A stretch of DNA of 64,000 nt from Eledone cirrhosa (taxonomy: Eukaryota). Numbering within the stretch: position 1 is the first letter of the stretch; each line of letters starts with the position of its first letter. Made by a program: the position numbers and the translations under genes. Under the pieces are notes generated by a model. The model saw only the letters and a list, made by a program, of their open reading frames with translations. It had not been told where the DNA came from and made no database searches. The stretch is from assembly GCA_964016885.1 (NCBI GenBank), contig OZ024740.1:369892001-369956000 (forward strand), in the 5' to 3' direction. Shown here in pieces: positions 52,700 through 64,000 of the stretch.

Positions 52700-55043
52700 A
52701 CTACAGTTTCGAATTGTTAAGGCTTATGTTGAAAAGAAGAGGATGCATGCTGACTTCAGTTGAAGTCGGTATGTATCAACAAGATATCAGCAGTAATGAT
52801 GCACTCTGGCGAACATTTCGATGTCGAATACATGAACGTCATCCACAGATTCGACAGTTACCTGTCCATTTGAAGAGTGGTCAATATGTACATTGCATAC
52901 CTTTAACTGCAGCTCAACTGCATTGGTTTTTGAAGAAACTACTCTATCGGCCTAGCTCAAATGTTGCTCAAATGACACATTTTGTGATTACAGATTTGAT
53001 AGTACCCTCTGAAGTGTTTATACAGTACACTCTAATCAACAGTAATATTTCTACTTAGGAATGCTGCTTCATACAGTCAACTATCCAAGATCCCTCAAAA
53101 TATCTAAGTACTGTTAATAATTCTATCTGTTAAACTTATTGTGAAGCCTGACTGCGATTTGGATTACAGGAAGATAACTGTCAATAGAACAAGACACTTT
53201 CTGGCGGTTCCATATCAGATATTGCATATAGTCCTTGCTCCCTCTCTGTCGGCTTTTCTATTATGATCCTGGGAAATCAGTGATCCAAACGGCTTATGAA
53301 ATAAACATATAGATGAACTATCTGAAGATTATATGCATCAATTCCAACAGAGATTACCTGCCATTGCCTTAGGTTACAATGATGAGATATCCAGTAGTGC
53401 ATTGATCCACATGAGAGACAAACTCCTGGCTATTGGTGGAGAAGTGCTCCAAAATTACAGACTTCTTAAAGTTACGCGCAGAAAGGAAAAGAGACTAATA
53501 TTTGAAATGCTCAGAGAAACAAATTACGACATTGATGATTTGGTAAAATATATGTAAAAATAGGATGGAAAGCTATTTCCTAATCAAAGAGAAGCGTACA
53601 AATCATGTATTGACGTCATTAGTAAAGAGAAGGGTGAAATATTATGTCTAGATGCTCCAGTAGAAACTAGAAAGATATTTCTTACGAAACTACTTTTGGA
53701 AGATGCTGTTACATCATTAGGTATTACTGCAACCATTCTCCTATGAAGCCGTACTGCCCATTCAATTTTCAAACTTCCATTGGATATGTGGTCAAATAAA
53801 AATCCTGCGGGCAGTATCAACACAAATTCAGGAATAGCTGAAATTCTCAGATGCAAATTGATAATATGGAATGTATGTACACTGGCATATAAGAGAGCCT
53901 TTGAAGGTGTTGCAAGATTATTGTGACATATTTGGAATAATGATTATCCAATGGGAGGTGTGACAGTTGTTCTGTCTGGTCATTTTAGACAAACACTTCC
54001 AGTTATTCCAAAGGGAACGAAATCTAATAGAATGTGTGCGTGCTTTAAGTTATCGTGACACAGGCACTGCATAAACGTATAGAGGTTTGAAACAAATGTG
54101 CAAACATATCCCCATGGTGTTAGGTTACCTTAATACTTTGCTCAAGATTTATTAATACTGGGAAAGGGAAAATTACATGTAGAAAAAGAAGGTTAATCAC
54201 CTATTTGCAAAATGGTGAAATCAAAGAAAGGAATTAGCAAAGTCTATGAAAATTGCAATGCATAACAGAATAATCACAAACTATTGAGTGAAAGAGCAAT
54301 TCTGGCCTCGAAAAATGTAATAGTGAATGCATAGAAATTGATCTCCTACTGTGCCTTCATAGATATTGCCAATCATACAGATCTATTAACACTGTGGTTG
54401 AGCAATCAGAAATAGTGAATTATTCAGGTGAGTTTTTAACCACACTGGAATCGCCAGGTTTAACTCCTTATTAGCTTCACCTGCAACTTAGAGCATCTAT
54501 AATGCTGCTAAGAAATTCAGATCCTCAAAATTGTGCAATGGAATAAGTATAAGTGTGAAGAAAATGATACCATGTGTTATTTAAGCTTTATAATTTCTGG
54601 GTGTGGAGCAGGCGTTAATGTATTCATTCCAAGAATTCCGGCAATGCAATTTAAAAGAGTATAGCTTCAAATTAGACAAAGTTTTAAAATGTCCTTCAAC
54701 AAATCTCAGGGACAGACATTATCACTAACTGGTTTGCAAGTAGAGGAGACTTGCTACTCTCATGAACAATTATATGCTGGATGCTCATGTGTTGAAAGTT
54801 CAAACATGCTTTCATTTATACTCCATTGGGGAAAACCCATAATGTTGTATATAAAGAGGTCGTATCACAAGTTGCTTTTATGGGTTTTCTATTTCAAGTT
54901 TATTATTGTTGTTGATCTCGCAAAATTTGTTATACCAGTAATGTTTGAATCACTTATCATAATAAGTAATCAGAAAATATATTAAGTTTTGAATGAAATT
55001 GCATTATATTTTTAACCCGGACAACGCCGAGTATTTCTACTAG
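52700..55043 (+). mobile_element. Decayed Helitron (Pif1-like helicase part) with intact 3' terminus
   Basis: LDAP..T.K.FL (Walker A remnant), RTAHS.FKLP, SGHFRQTLPVIPKG and NKSQGQTL. 3' hairpin ACCCGGACAACGCCGAGT followed by CTAG (55040-55043) and T. Confidence 0.85.
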
Positions 55044-57059
55044 TATATATGTATGTATAATTATAGAACTATATATATAATATAATTCATAGTACAGCCT
55101 CTGGTTATAGAAAGATACTTTATTTTTGTTATTCTTTATGTATTTGAAATCATTAATGTCTACAGTATGTAAGTATATGTGCATATTTGTATGTATGTCT
55201 GTGTGTATATGTTTGTTTTTGTACAACTGTATGTGAGTTATCGCTAATACATTATGTCGCCTCAATGTCTTACGCATCTAAAATTTAATTTTTCATCAAA
55301 GTTTATATTCACTATTTACGATGAATCTAATCTATATCTCAATTATGAATTTTCAAGAACACGAAAATAATTGGGAAAGTATAAGATATGTAATAAAACA
55401 CTGAGAGTTAGGGTTATAATGTAAGTGAATGGTGAAAAGGGGAGTGAGAGAAAGACAGATGGGAAACATTTGGAGAAAGATAGGTACAGGCATGTAGTGA
55501 GTGATAAATAATACTTGAATTATTAGATTAATTGCCAAACACTGTAAGACCTATTCATTTTAATAATACATGGCCTCAGTTTTTATATTGCTGGCATATC
55601 CAAAATCAAAATGAAAAGTTCAATCTCCAAAACAAAAGAAAACTATATTTTGCTTTAGGAACAATATATTTTTTTTTAAATCCTGTTGAATTACAATGTT
55701 ATATAAACTCCACTGAAAAAAAATATATTAAAGTATATCGTGGAAATCAAAATTAAATTGAAAACTTATGGAAAATAAATTGTTTGTAATTAGTGCAAGG
55801 TGTTCGTTTTTCACCTACCAGTTAGAGTCAAGATTTTATTTGTCACTTTTCTTCAAGTATATTGTAAGCCTGATATAAATCGGAACATTTTTCGAACGTA
55901 TTTATCGAAGTTTGTGTATTTTTTTAAAAATCTTTCTTTCAATCGGGCGTACCACATCTAATATAATGCTGATGACAGCTTACTAATAAACATGAATATA
56001 ATAACAGGCTATACAAAGGACGTGATGTGATAGCATGCAAGATCATAATTTTCCCAATAAAGTTTATAAATTGTTGCTAAGAAATTTCTCTCTATAATAT
56101 ATATAATCTATTCCCCTAGCATGAAAGATATTCAAACTACCACTTTAATAGTGGAGTTTCACTTGCCTTCGAAAACTATTTACGGGGGCACAGTATGAAA
56201 ATTATGAAAGTTGTACAGGACAATCTTCTTCGCGACGAACTGAATTGTACTCGGATGTATTTAACGGAAATATTCTTAACAGTTGAAGATACGAGAGGCA
56301 GAAATTCAATGGCGCAGAAGCCTTTACACCAACAAGTGAAATCGATATTCATTCGGACATGTTCGATACATTTTTTAAACATGGAAAAGAAAAGTAAGAT
56401 AAATAAATATTATTAAAGATGTCATTTGGGTATTGTCTCATAATCAAGACACAATGGTGTTGGAGATTCAATGCCTATTTAAATATCACTAATGATGATA
56501 TAAGAGACTTCCAAGAATATGGAGATCACACTACAGATCCGGCTTGACAGGAGTGTATCGCTTGTTTGTGAAACACTAATAAACGGAAATATAGACGCGT
56601 TCCGCCCTGAAGCTGTTAACATAAAGAATGTTTTCTTATCACCCTCTTCTATGATAGACAAGTAGCATGCCGTATGATCAAATTAGCTCTCAGAGAGACC
56701 ATAAAATATTTTATATATTGCATTCACTTAAAAAATCATAGAGACTATCAGATTATTATGTTTTTATTTACTAAGTGTGTTTATAATTTAGATATTTCAT
56801 AATCACATAAAATATACACGTGTGTGAATATACATGCTCGCACACATACACACAAAACCACACAGTGACAAATGCACATACGCACGTAATTTGGTAAATA
56901 ATATCCAAATTTGGGAGAACACCCAAACTTTTGTACTACAATACCATAGAGGTACTTCCATTGAACCTATGCAAATTCATCTGATTTCTATAGGAATTGC
57001 AAAAGAAACGGTTTACAACGTTGCAAGATTTGTTATTGATTCAGATGGAGGATATATAC

Positions 57060-57640
57060 TCAATTAATCCGGCTATATGGATATATGTTCTCAATTAATC
57101 CGGCTGGATCTTTACCTAAATCCAGCCGAGCTCAGGAATATTATACCATTGGTTTGCTCGTTGCCTACCTCTGCGGCTCCTGTCGGTTGGTTTTGCCTGT
57201 AACATCTCACCAGTGATTCTTTCCTCCTGAGAGATATTCTAACCACAGGTGTTTAGTATCATAGCTTTGATTTCTCAATATGGAGAAGACGCGTCTCTAT
57301 CTGGAGCGACTCCCTGATCTCCGAACAACGCACTATGGAATAATGTTAGTTCAAAGACTATTCGGATGAACCCCATCGGTCACTTGTATTCATGGTCGTA
57401 TTATTGCGGTCATTACCCAAGATTCATAACATTATGTAAGGCTTCAGCACGAATATTGAATTGAAGTTAGCCCGTTTGGCGTTTACAACAACCTCAATTC
57501 TACTGGTGACCGAATGTTGACGTTGGCGCATTACTGCACCGGCTCCTGCAATGCTTAAACATATTCCAGCATTCTACCTTCCATCATGCGTGATGGAAGG
57601 CCCCGAGGTACTTGAACTTTTATTCCTACTTCAGTGAAAT
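57060..57640 (-). mobile_element. Decayed RTE-like LINE fragment
   Basis: Minus strand FKYLG...DGR...IA.A.AVMRQL remnants. Confidence 0.55.
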
Positions 57641-59079
57641 TCCACTGTTATGTGGGTTTCATTGTGAGGGTTGAAAAATGTGTTTCATCCTGATCAAGGC
57701 ATATGAAATTTATGAATTGTATTTATGTTTCGAATAATATATCTTGCTCATATGATTTTTGAAACCTATATCATACAATATGTCTGATTATGTCAGATTT
57801 TTCAGACAATATGTCTGATTATGTCCGATATGTCAGATTTTTCGAGAAATGAAACTGCGATATAAACTTAAAATATTAAATTAAAAGGAACCTGTTTAAA
57901 TGTCAACGTTGTGTATTTGATTTCTTGAAAATTTCTACCTTCCCGTAGCACATTGTGAACACAACGGCATTAATAACTGCTATACCAGCTTGAAATAGCT
58001 GTCTGTATATTTGAATGTATCCTTGCTGTCTTAACAAATGAGAAAGTATCATATAATCTAATCATAGATATACAGTGTTTGAATATAATAAAGATTAGTC
58101 ATGGATGGAAAGCCATTGATTGTAGGTACTCTAGTTCAGCGCAGAAATGGTACTACACAATCAAATTAACAACGACTTATTTAAAGTTTCCGCACTTAGA
58201 TACTACTTGATTGCGAAATGGAGAGAGCCTTTCAGTGAAACCTCACTAAGAATGTTTAAGACATATATTTCTCGCGAGATTGTCGGCAGGTTTCTTAAAG
58301 TATTGTGTAAAATGTTTGAAAACAAACAGTAGGAGTCAGTATCACTCTATTGTAAAACTATAACTAGTCTTTAATGATGAATGAAAAAAACTCATGCATA
58401 GGTTCTTCTCTAATTAAGATAAATGCATAAATATTTGACATACGAATGATAAAATAACTCATTGAAGATCTAATGAACCGAAATTTGAATGACAATTATG
58501 ATTAATGTAACTATCTTAGATATTCTACTAAAATAAGAAAATATTATTTGAGAAGAAAACACTTTTAAGGGTTTGGGTTAAAAACACGTATTATTATATT
58601 AAGAAACAAATTTGAAAATTCATTTATGCTGAAGAGAAATATAAATTACAGGAATATGAAATATAGGGTTACATTGTACTTTCTCATCCGTTCGTTTTCA
58701 ATGAATCTTTAAAGCATATGAAATATATGTTTAACGCGAAAGGATATTAAAGATAATTGAACATTCATAATAATACGACAGATCCATTAATCTTTGCTAA
58801 CATATTTGAATGTGACAGATTTTAATTCAGATTATTAATACTAAATACATTTGCTTAAATAAATGTAACAAACAAATTATAACGGGAACAAATGATTAAA
58901 TAGCGAAGTGCCCGCAACATATAATTCTTTATATTTAGAAGTAATTACTAGTTTTGAATCGAAAATTAAATATGGATGTACGACATTTATTTTAATATAA
59001 CCGATAAGCCATATCTAAATATTATTATTTATGCTTTAATAAGAAAACTGCGTAACATTTTGTTGCGTATTGCCTGATT

Positions 59080-59117
59080 ATAGATAGACAGATAGATAGA
59101 TATAGATAGATAGATAT

Positions 59118-59152
<35 letters not shown>
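59080..59152. repeat. (GATA)n microsatellite
   Basis: Abuts the 3' end of the Tx1 element. Confidence 0.92.
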
Positions 59153-59416
59153 TATTTCTTTTATTTGCCACTAGGGCATCAAAAGTGGGACAAGTACAAA
59201 GGGGGGAGTTTACACAAAAAGGCGTCCTCAATAAGGAGGAGGCAATAACAAAATATAAAAATAAAATAAGATATAACAAAAAATAAAATTTTTAACAAAA
59301 TCCTCAATAGAGAGGAGGCGCCTTGGGGGGTCGCACACACACCCGAAAAAAGTGTGCAACCCTTCTCCTCAGGAGCACAGAGAAGGGGTGCTCCCTTGGT
59401 CTTTCATCTTCCTCAC

Positions 59417-62400
59417 CTATAGTCTGATGTAGAGTGAAGGCCCATTCACACGGGCCATTCTCGCCACTTTCACCCATCTTTCATAGAAACGGCTGGGGTG
59501 CAGCACCTCTCTCTCCATCCTGATCCTTCTTCCGAAATGATATCGGAAGAAACGGACCAGTTGTTGGCCAGAGAGAAAGGTGCCCGACCTCAGTCCTTTC
59601 AGACGCGTCCACCATACAACCTCTTTCGCCATGGCTATTACGCACAGAAACACCGCCTCTGCTTCATCTTTGAAGGGGGGAGGCGGCTTGATCATTACAA
59701 TAGACTCGGTGGTCAACCGGATCGGTCCCACCCTTGACAGCAGTTGTTCGACATAGCCCCACAGATCGGCTACGCCCGAGCAGTGTACTAATGCGTGTGC
59801 AACGGTTTCCTCGTCGCACACGCATCTGGGACAGATCTTTTTGGCGGGGTCCCTACCCGGGCGCCCGTGTCTGTAGAGCCTTTCTCGAACGGGTAAAGCC
59901 CCTCGGTAGCACTGCCAGGCCAGGGACTTCTGGAAGTTGTCCATAGGTCCCGGGCTGAATGTCCTACCGAACAGGCTGGCCAGTTCGTCCTCCTCCATGT
60001 CTAGGGCTTCTCCGAGGGCGTCGTCGCACCTGCTGCGTACCAGCCCTCTATAGAATGTTGCGGTGGAGTCTCCACTTATAACCGGATCCGCCTGCCAGAG
60101 GGCGGTGAGCGCCTGGGCACACTCAGTGTGCCAGGCGCCCAGTTTTCTCGGTCTTTGCTTGACCCAGGATTGCAGCTCAGTGAGTGAGACGAGTCTGGGA
60201 AAGGTTCGTCTCACAAACGAGGCCCACACCGGTTGTCCGGTGAGGAATACGTAGAGGTGCCGTAGCCTTAATGCGTGTTTACGCATCATTAGCCACGGCA
60301 TCCCCAGCCCTCCTTTCGAAGGGTGTTGACAGCAGATGGATCTCCTCACCATAGGAGCCCGCCTCTTCCAAAGGAATTAGAAGAGCGCGCGCTCCATCTT
60401 GGTGAGGGTTTCCCTTGGGCAGGGCACTACGGTCAGGCGGTAGTAGATGACGGACGCTATGTAGGTGTTCGCCACCTCCGCCCGACCTTTCAGGGATAGT
60501 TTGCAACTGGCCCACTTCTGGGTCAGTGCAAACACCCTGTTCGTAACCTCCGCCCAGTTTTTCTCCACCTGGAGGTCCGGTCCGAGCCAGACCCCGAGCA
60601 ACTTCACCGGGCCCTCCGTCCAGCGTCCGACGACGCTATCGGAGGGCATCGGTCTGCCCATCCACGTGCCGAGTTGCAAACCGATCGACTTGTCCCGGTT
60701 CAGCTTAGCCCCTGTGAACTTTTCGTACTCCTCCAGTAAGGTGCCGACCGCCTCGATTTCGGAGGCCGTCGACACCATTACTGTCACGTCATCGGCGTAG
60801 GCCGACACCGCTTTCCGCAATCCCGGTTCCAAAGGGATGCCCTGCAACAACTCCAACTTCCGCAGTAGTGGCTCGAGAGTCAACACATACAGAAGGGAGG
60901 AGAGAGGGCACCCTTGTCGGATGGACCGCGCGATTTTGAACGGCTCCGAGAGGTAGCCGTTCACCTTGACCCTAGAGCAGATGCGGCTGCTGTGCATAGC
61001 AGTGATCCAGCCCCTGAAAACGGGTCCGAAGCCTGCCGTTGCTAGCACCGCATCCAGGTAACCATGGTCGACCCTATCGAACGCCTTAGATTGATCCAAG
61101 TTGATCAGAGCCCCACCAAAGCCGGGTTCGTTCCCAACCCTCTCTATGATGTATCGCATGAGGTGGAGGTTGTCATGGATGGACCTGGACGGGATAGCGC
61201 ATGTCTGCGCATCTCCCACCAGGTTGCCCACGACAAGCGCCAACCTCTTTGCTAGCACCTTGGCCAAAATCTGTAACTCTGTATTTAGCAGTGTTATGGG
61301 CCTGAAGTTACTTATTTCGTCCCCCTTGTTCTCGTCCTTCCTCACTAGCGTGACTACGCCCTTGGTCACAGTACAGGGAATTCTCCCGTTCTGTTGCCAG
61401 TTGCAGTAGACCGCCTCGAGGAGATCGGGGAACAAGTCCGGCATAGCTAGATATAATTCGTAAGGAAGACCATCGAGACCCGGGGATTTGCGTTTGCCGC
61501 ATTGGCTCAGCACGTCCTCTATCTCAGCGGCCGAAATCGGCTCCTCGCAGGACTTCGCCTCCCTGTCCGAGAGGCGCGGCAGGCCGTCGAGGTATGGACC
61601 GAAGTCCACGTTCCCAGCCGGCTCCCCGCCCCTCCCGAACAGTCGGGCAAAGTGCCTTTGAAAGGCCTCACACATCTGCTTAGGCTCAAGAATCGCCCGT
61701 CCATCCAGGTCTCGCAAAGACCGGATGGTGGATTTAGTTCCACTGTTGGCCTCTGTCACGCGGGCCCAGCTAACAGCTTTGGTCCCCTCGTTCCCTAGAG
61801 CACGTATTTTACTTCGGACAACGCAGCCTTCGTGCTTCGCGTCGAAAAACTGGCTCAAAGCCGTTCTCGACGCTAGCACTCTGGCCACGTCGCCGCTTCT
61901 AATTGCCTCTTCTACTCTATCTATCAGCTCCCTTTCCTTCCTATTCCTATCCGCAGCTAGAACCTTACTAAATTCTATCGAGACTACTCTAATCTCTCTC
62001 TTTAGAGATACCCACCACCTGCTGTTGACGATCGCTCCAGTCAACCGTTCCTTAACTAACGTACTAATCCGATTCCTGTAGGCTCTACTTGCCGGCAAGG
62101 ACAAGTTGAGCTTCCAGTAACCGGGGCCCTGTCTATGAGTTCTGTCAAGGTTGACCATGCAGGTCACTAATTTGTGGTCTGAATAGCCAACAATGCGCAT
62201 TTTTGGACAACTTAAAAAGTTCTTATCCTTAATTCTAACTAAGAACCTATCTAGGTACGACCTAGATGATCCGCTACGATTTGCCCAAGTCCAGGTTGGC
62301 GCAGTCGGAAAATCTAGTCGATATCTATCGGCCAGGTCAAATCGACCGATTAACCCTTTGAGGCTATTACACCCCTCTCTATCGGGGCAGGCCCCTACGT

Positions 62401-62854
62401 AGTCCCAGCGTGCATCTAGGATACCATTCCAGTCCCCCACTAATAGCAAAGAGCGGGACGTCCCTAGAAAAGTCTCCAGACGATGGAAAAAGTCCGGCCG
62501 CATTGACCCGAAAGGGCCGTAGGCGGCTACCAACCTAAACGCTCCGCCTTTACCACTGCCAAGGTCCAGAACCACTAGTCGACCCTCCGGGTCCAAATGT
62601 ACCATCTGTGTTGCGAGACCCAGATGTTTTTGCAGCAGAACGACAACTCCACCCCCACCTCCGGGCTGACAGAGAGATGCGTGCATCTCAAAGTCATCAA
62701 AGGTGGGGGCCAGCTGTCGCACGTTGCTGATCCGGGCCTCGCAAATAACCATCACATCTATACGTTGTGACCTGAGGTCATTTAGAAGCATTGCTTGCTT
62801 CCAAGTTGAGCCCAGGCCACGCGCATTTAAACAGCCTACTCTTAGCATAGCCAT
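59417..62854 (-). pseudogene. Tx1 ORF2 (APE-RT-Zn) with a single in-frame stop at 60377-60379
   Basis: The 833-aa and 311-aa ORFs are in the same frame (ALF*FLWKR versus ALFRFLWKK in the other copy). YADD is intact. Confidence 0.92.
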
Positions 62855-62878
62855 GTTGGTGGTGAAGAGAAAAGGCAC

Positions 62879-64000
62879 TTACCTCTCTGCGTCCCGGGTA
62901 TCGGGCTGCACAATTTCCATTAGGGTGGGGGATGGGTTGTTGGGTGGGGTGGTGGTTTGTGGAAGTGTGGGGGCATCAGTGTGTTGTGTGGTTGGGGAGC
63001 TTGGAGTTGTGAGGGTGTTTGAGGAGGGGGTGGGATAGTTTTTTAGGAGGACGCGGTTAATGGGCCCGACGCAGGGGGGACCCACGTCCTCTTTAAAATT
63101 GTTTTTTAAAGTTTTATAGGTGTCCTGTGGGGCCTTAATCATTTTGAGGTGGGGGAAATCCCCTGCCTGGGTGAAGTTAGGCCCTTGTGTTTTTATTAGA
63201 TTGTTGTTGTACACAATATTTAACAGTTTTTTGTTTCTTGTATTTATGTATGTGTATGCATGTTTTTGTTTTTGTGTTGTGTTTTTTGTTTGCTGTTGTG
63301 AGCTCTTTTGTGTTGGTATCAGTGTTATGTTTTGGGGAGGGTTTTTTTTCATTTGTGTGTCTGAGGTGTGTTTTCTTTTTTTTCTTTTGATTGTGTGGAA
63401 GTGCTCCTCCTCGTCTGACGACGAACTAGGGTCATCTTCCGCGTTGGAGGGGAGGGGTATATTTTCGGGTTGTGTTTGCGGTACGGGTGTTTTGGAAATT
63501 GTTTTTGTTTTTTGAGTGGAGGGGATGGGTTGGACATTGTTTTGTTTTGGTTTGAGCTGTGGTGGTTGTTTTTGTAGTGGTAGTTGTGGTGATTGTGTTG
63601 GTTGTGCAGTTGTTGGTGGTGTAGGCAGGATTGGGGTTTTCTTATTAAGTTGGGGACAGACAGCCCTCAGGTGACCTCTGGTTCCGCAGAGGTAACACGA
63701 GGGCAGTCTACCCTCAACGGTAATGTTGATGAAGGTTAGATCATCCAGTATGACGCGTTCAGGGATCTGGGCGATCCTTTCGGGCCTCATTTGAACTACA
63801 AGTTCGAGGCTCGTTCCACTGAACGCGTCACCCGATGCCTTTCCCATGGACACCAGCATGTCATCCTCCAGGTCCAGAAAACCTGTCAAAACCCACCATA
63901 TGTCCATAATCGGCAGGATGGTGTGGATTTTTATTTTTTGTGTTCTTCTACCCATGTACGTAGGGTAGAAGGTGTATGCGGTGGATGTGATTGGTCTGAT
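62879..64000 (-). CDS. Tx1 ORF1 (partial), zinc knuckle protein
   Basis: CYLCGTRGHLRAVC. The frame appears open to the window end. Confidence 0.88.
   Translation of the reverse strand: MRPITSTAYTFYPTYMGRRTQKIKIHTILPIMDIWWVLTGFLDLEDDMLVSMGKASGDAFSGTSLELVVQMRPERIAQIPERVILDDLTFINITVEGRLPSCYLCGTRGHLRAVCPQLNKKTPILPTPPTTAQPTQSPQLPLQKQPPQLKPKQNNVQPIPSTQKTKTISKTPVPQTQPENIPLPSNAEDDPSSSSDEEEHFHTIKRKKRKHTSDTQMKKNPPQNITLIPTQKSSQQQTKNTTQKQKHAYTYINTRNKKLLNIVYNNNLIKTQGPNFTQAGDFPHLKMIKAPQDTYKTLKNNFKEDVGPPCVGPINRVLLKNYPTPSSNTLTTPSSPTTQHTDAPTLPQTTTPPNNPSPTLMEIVQPDTRDAER

Larger units (their letters stand above)
59153..64000 (-). mobile_element. Young Tx1-clade LINE (same family as 2899-8581), continuing past the window edge
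   Basis: ORF1, ORF2 and 3'UTR homologous to 2899-8581. The 3' end lies in (GATA)n. Confidence 0.95.

Noticed and set aside
57775-57842. Short tandem duplication CAATATGTCTGATTATGTC
   Set aside because: Local slippage duplication with no functional signal.
55050-59080. Possible host-gene exons in AT-rich unique-looking DNA (also 20870-22390 and 28400-29700)
   Set aside because: No convincing ORF, motif or splice-bounded exon. Small exons cannot be excluded without RNA data.

Overview
AT-rich, gene-free eukaryotic DNA, probably from a cephalopod (inferred from octopod-type tRNA SINEs and the microsatellite load). It consists almost entirely of retroelements sitting in microsatellites. These are three Tx1-clade LINEs plus a 5' fragment (in (GATA)n or (AAT)n), a head-to-tail array of three R4/Dong RLE-LINEs in (TAA)n, one near-intact and one decayed Naiad-type Penelope-like element (PLE; RT + GIY-YIG), SINEs, RTE fragments and a Helitron remnant. 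The most striking signal is invisible in the ORF track. I count about 25 type-I hammerhead ribozyme (HHR) or HHR-like motifs from about 12 sequence families, mostly in short non-coding modules between (TA)n tracts. Three of these modules are ORF-less tandem units of about 700, 656 and 567 nt with one HHR per unit, which is a retrozyme-like architecture predicted to yield circular RNAs. Several HHRs carry long structured insertions in stem II or recurrent core variants (U3-A8, U4A, U-U at the stem II base), and many modules are fold-back inverted repeats. All RNA structures were folded by eye and none has been tested.
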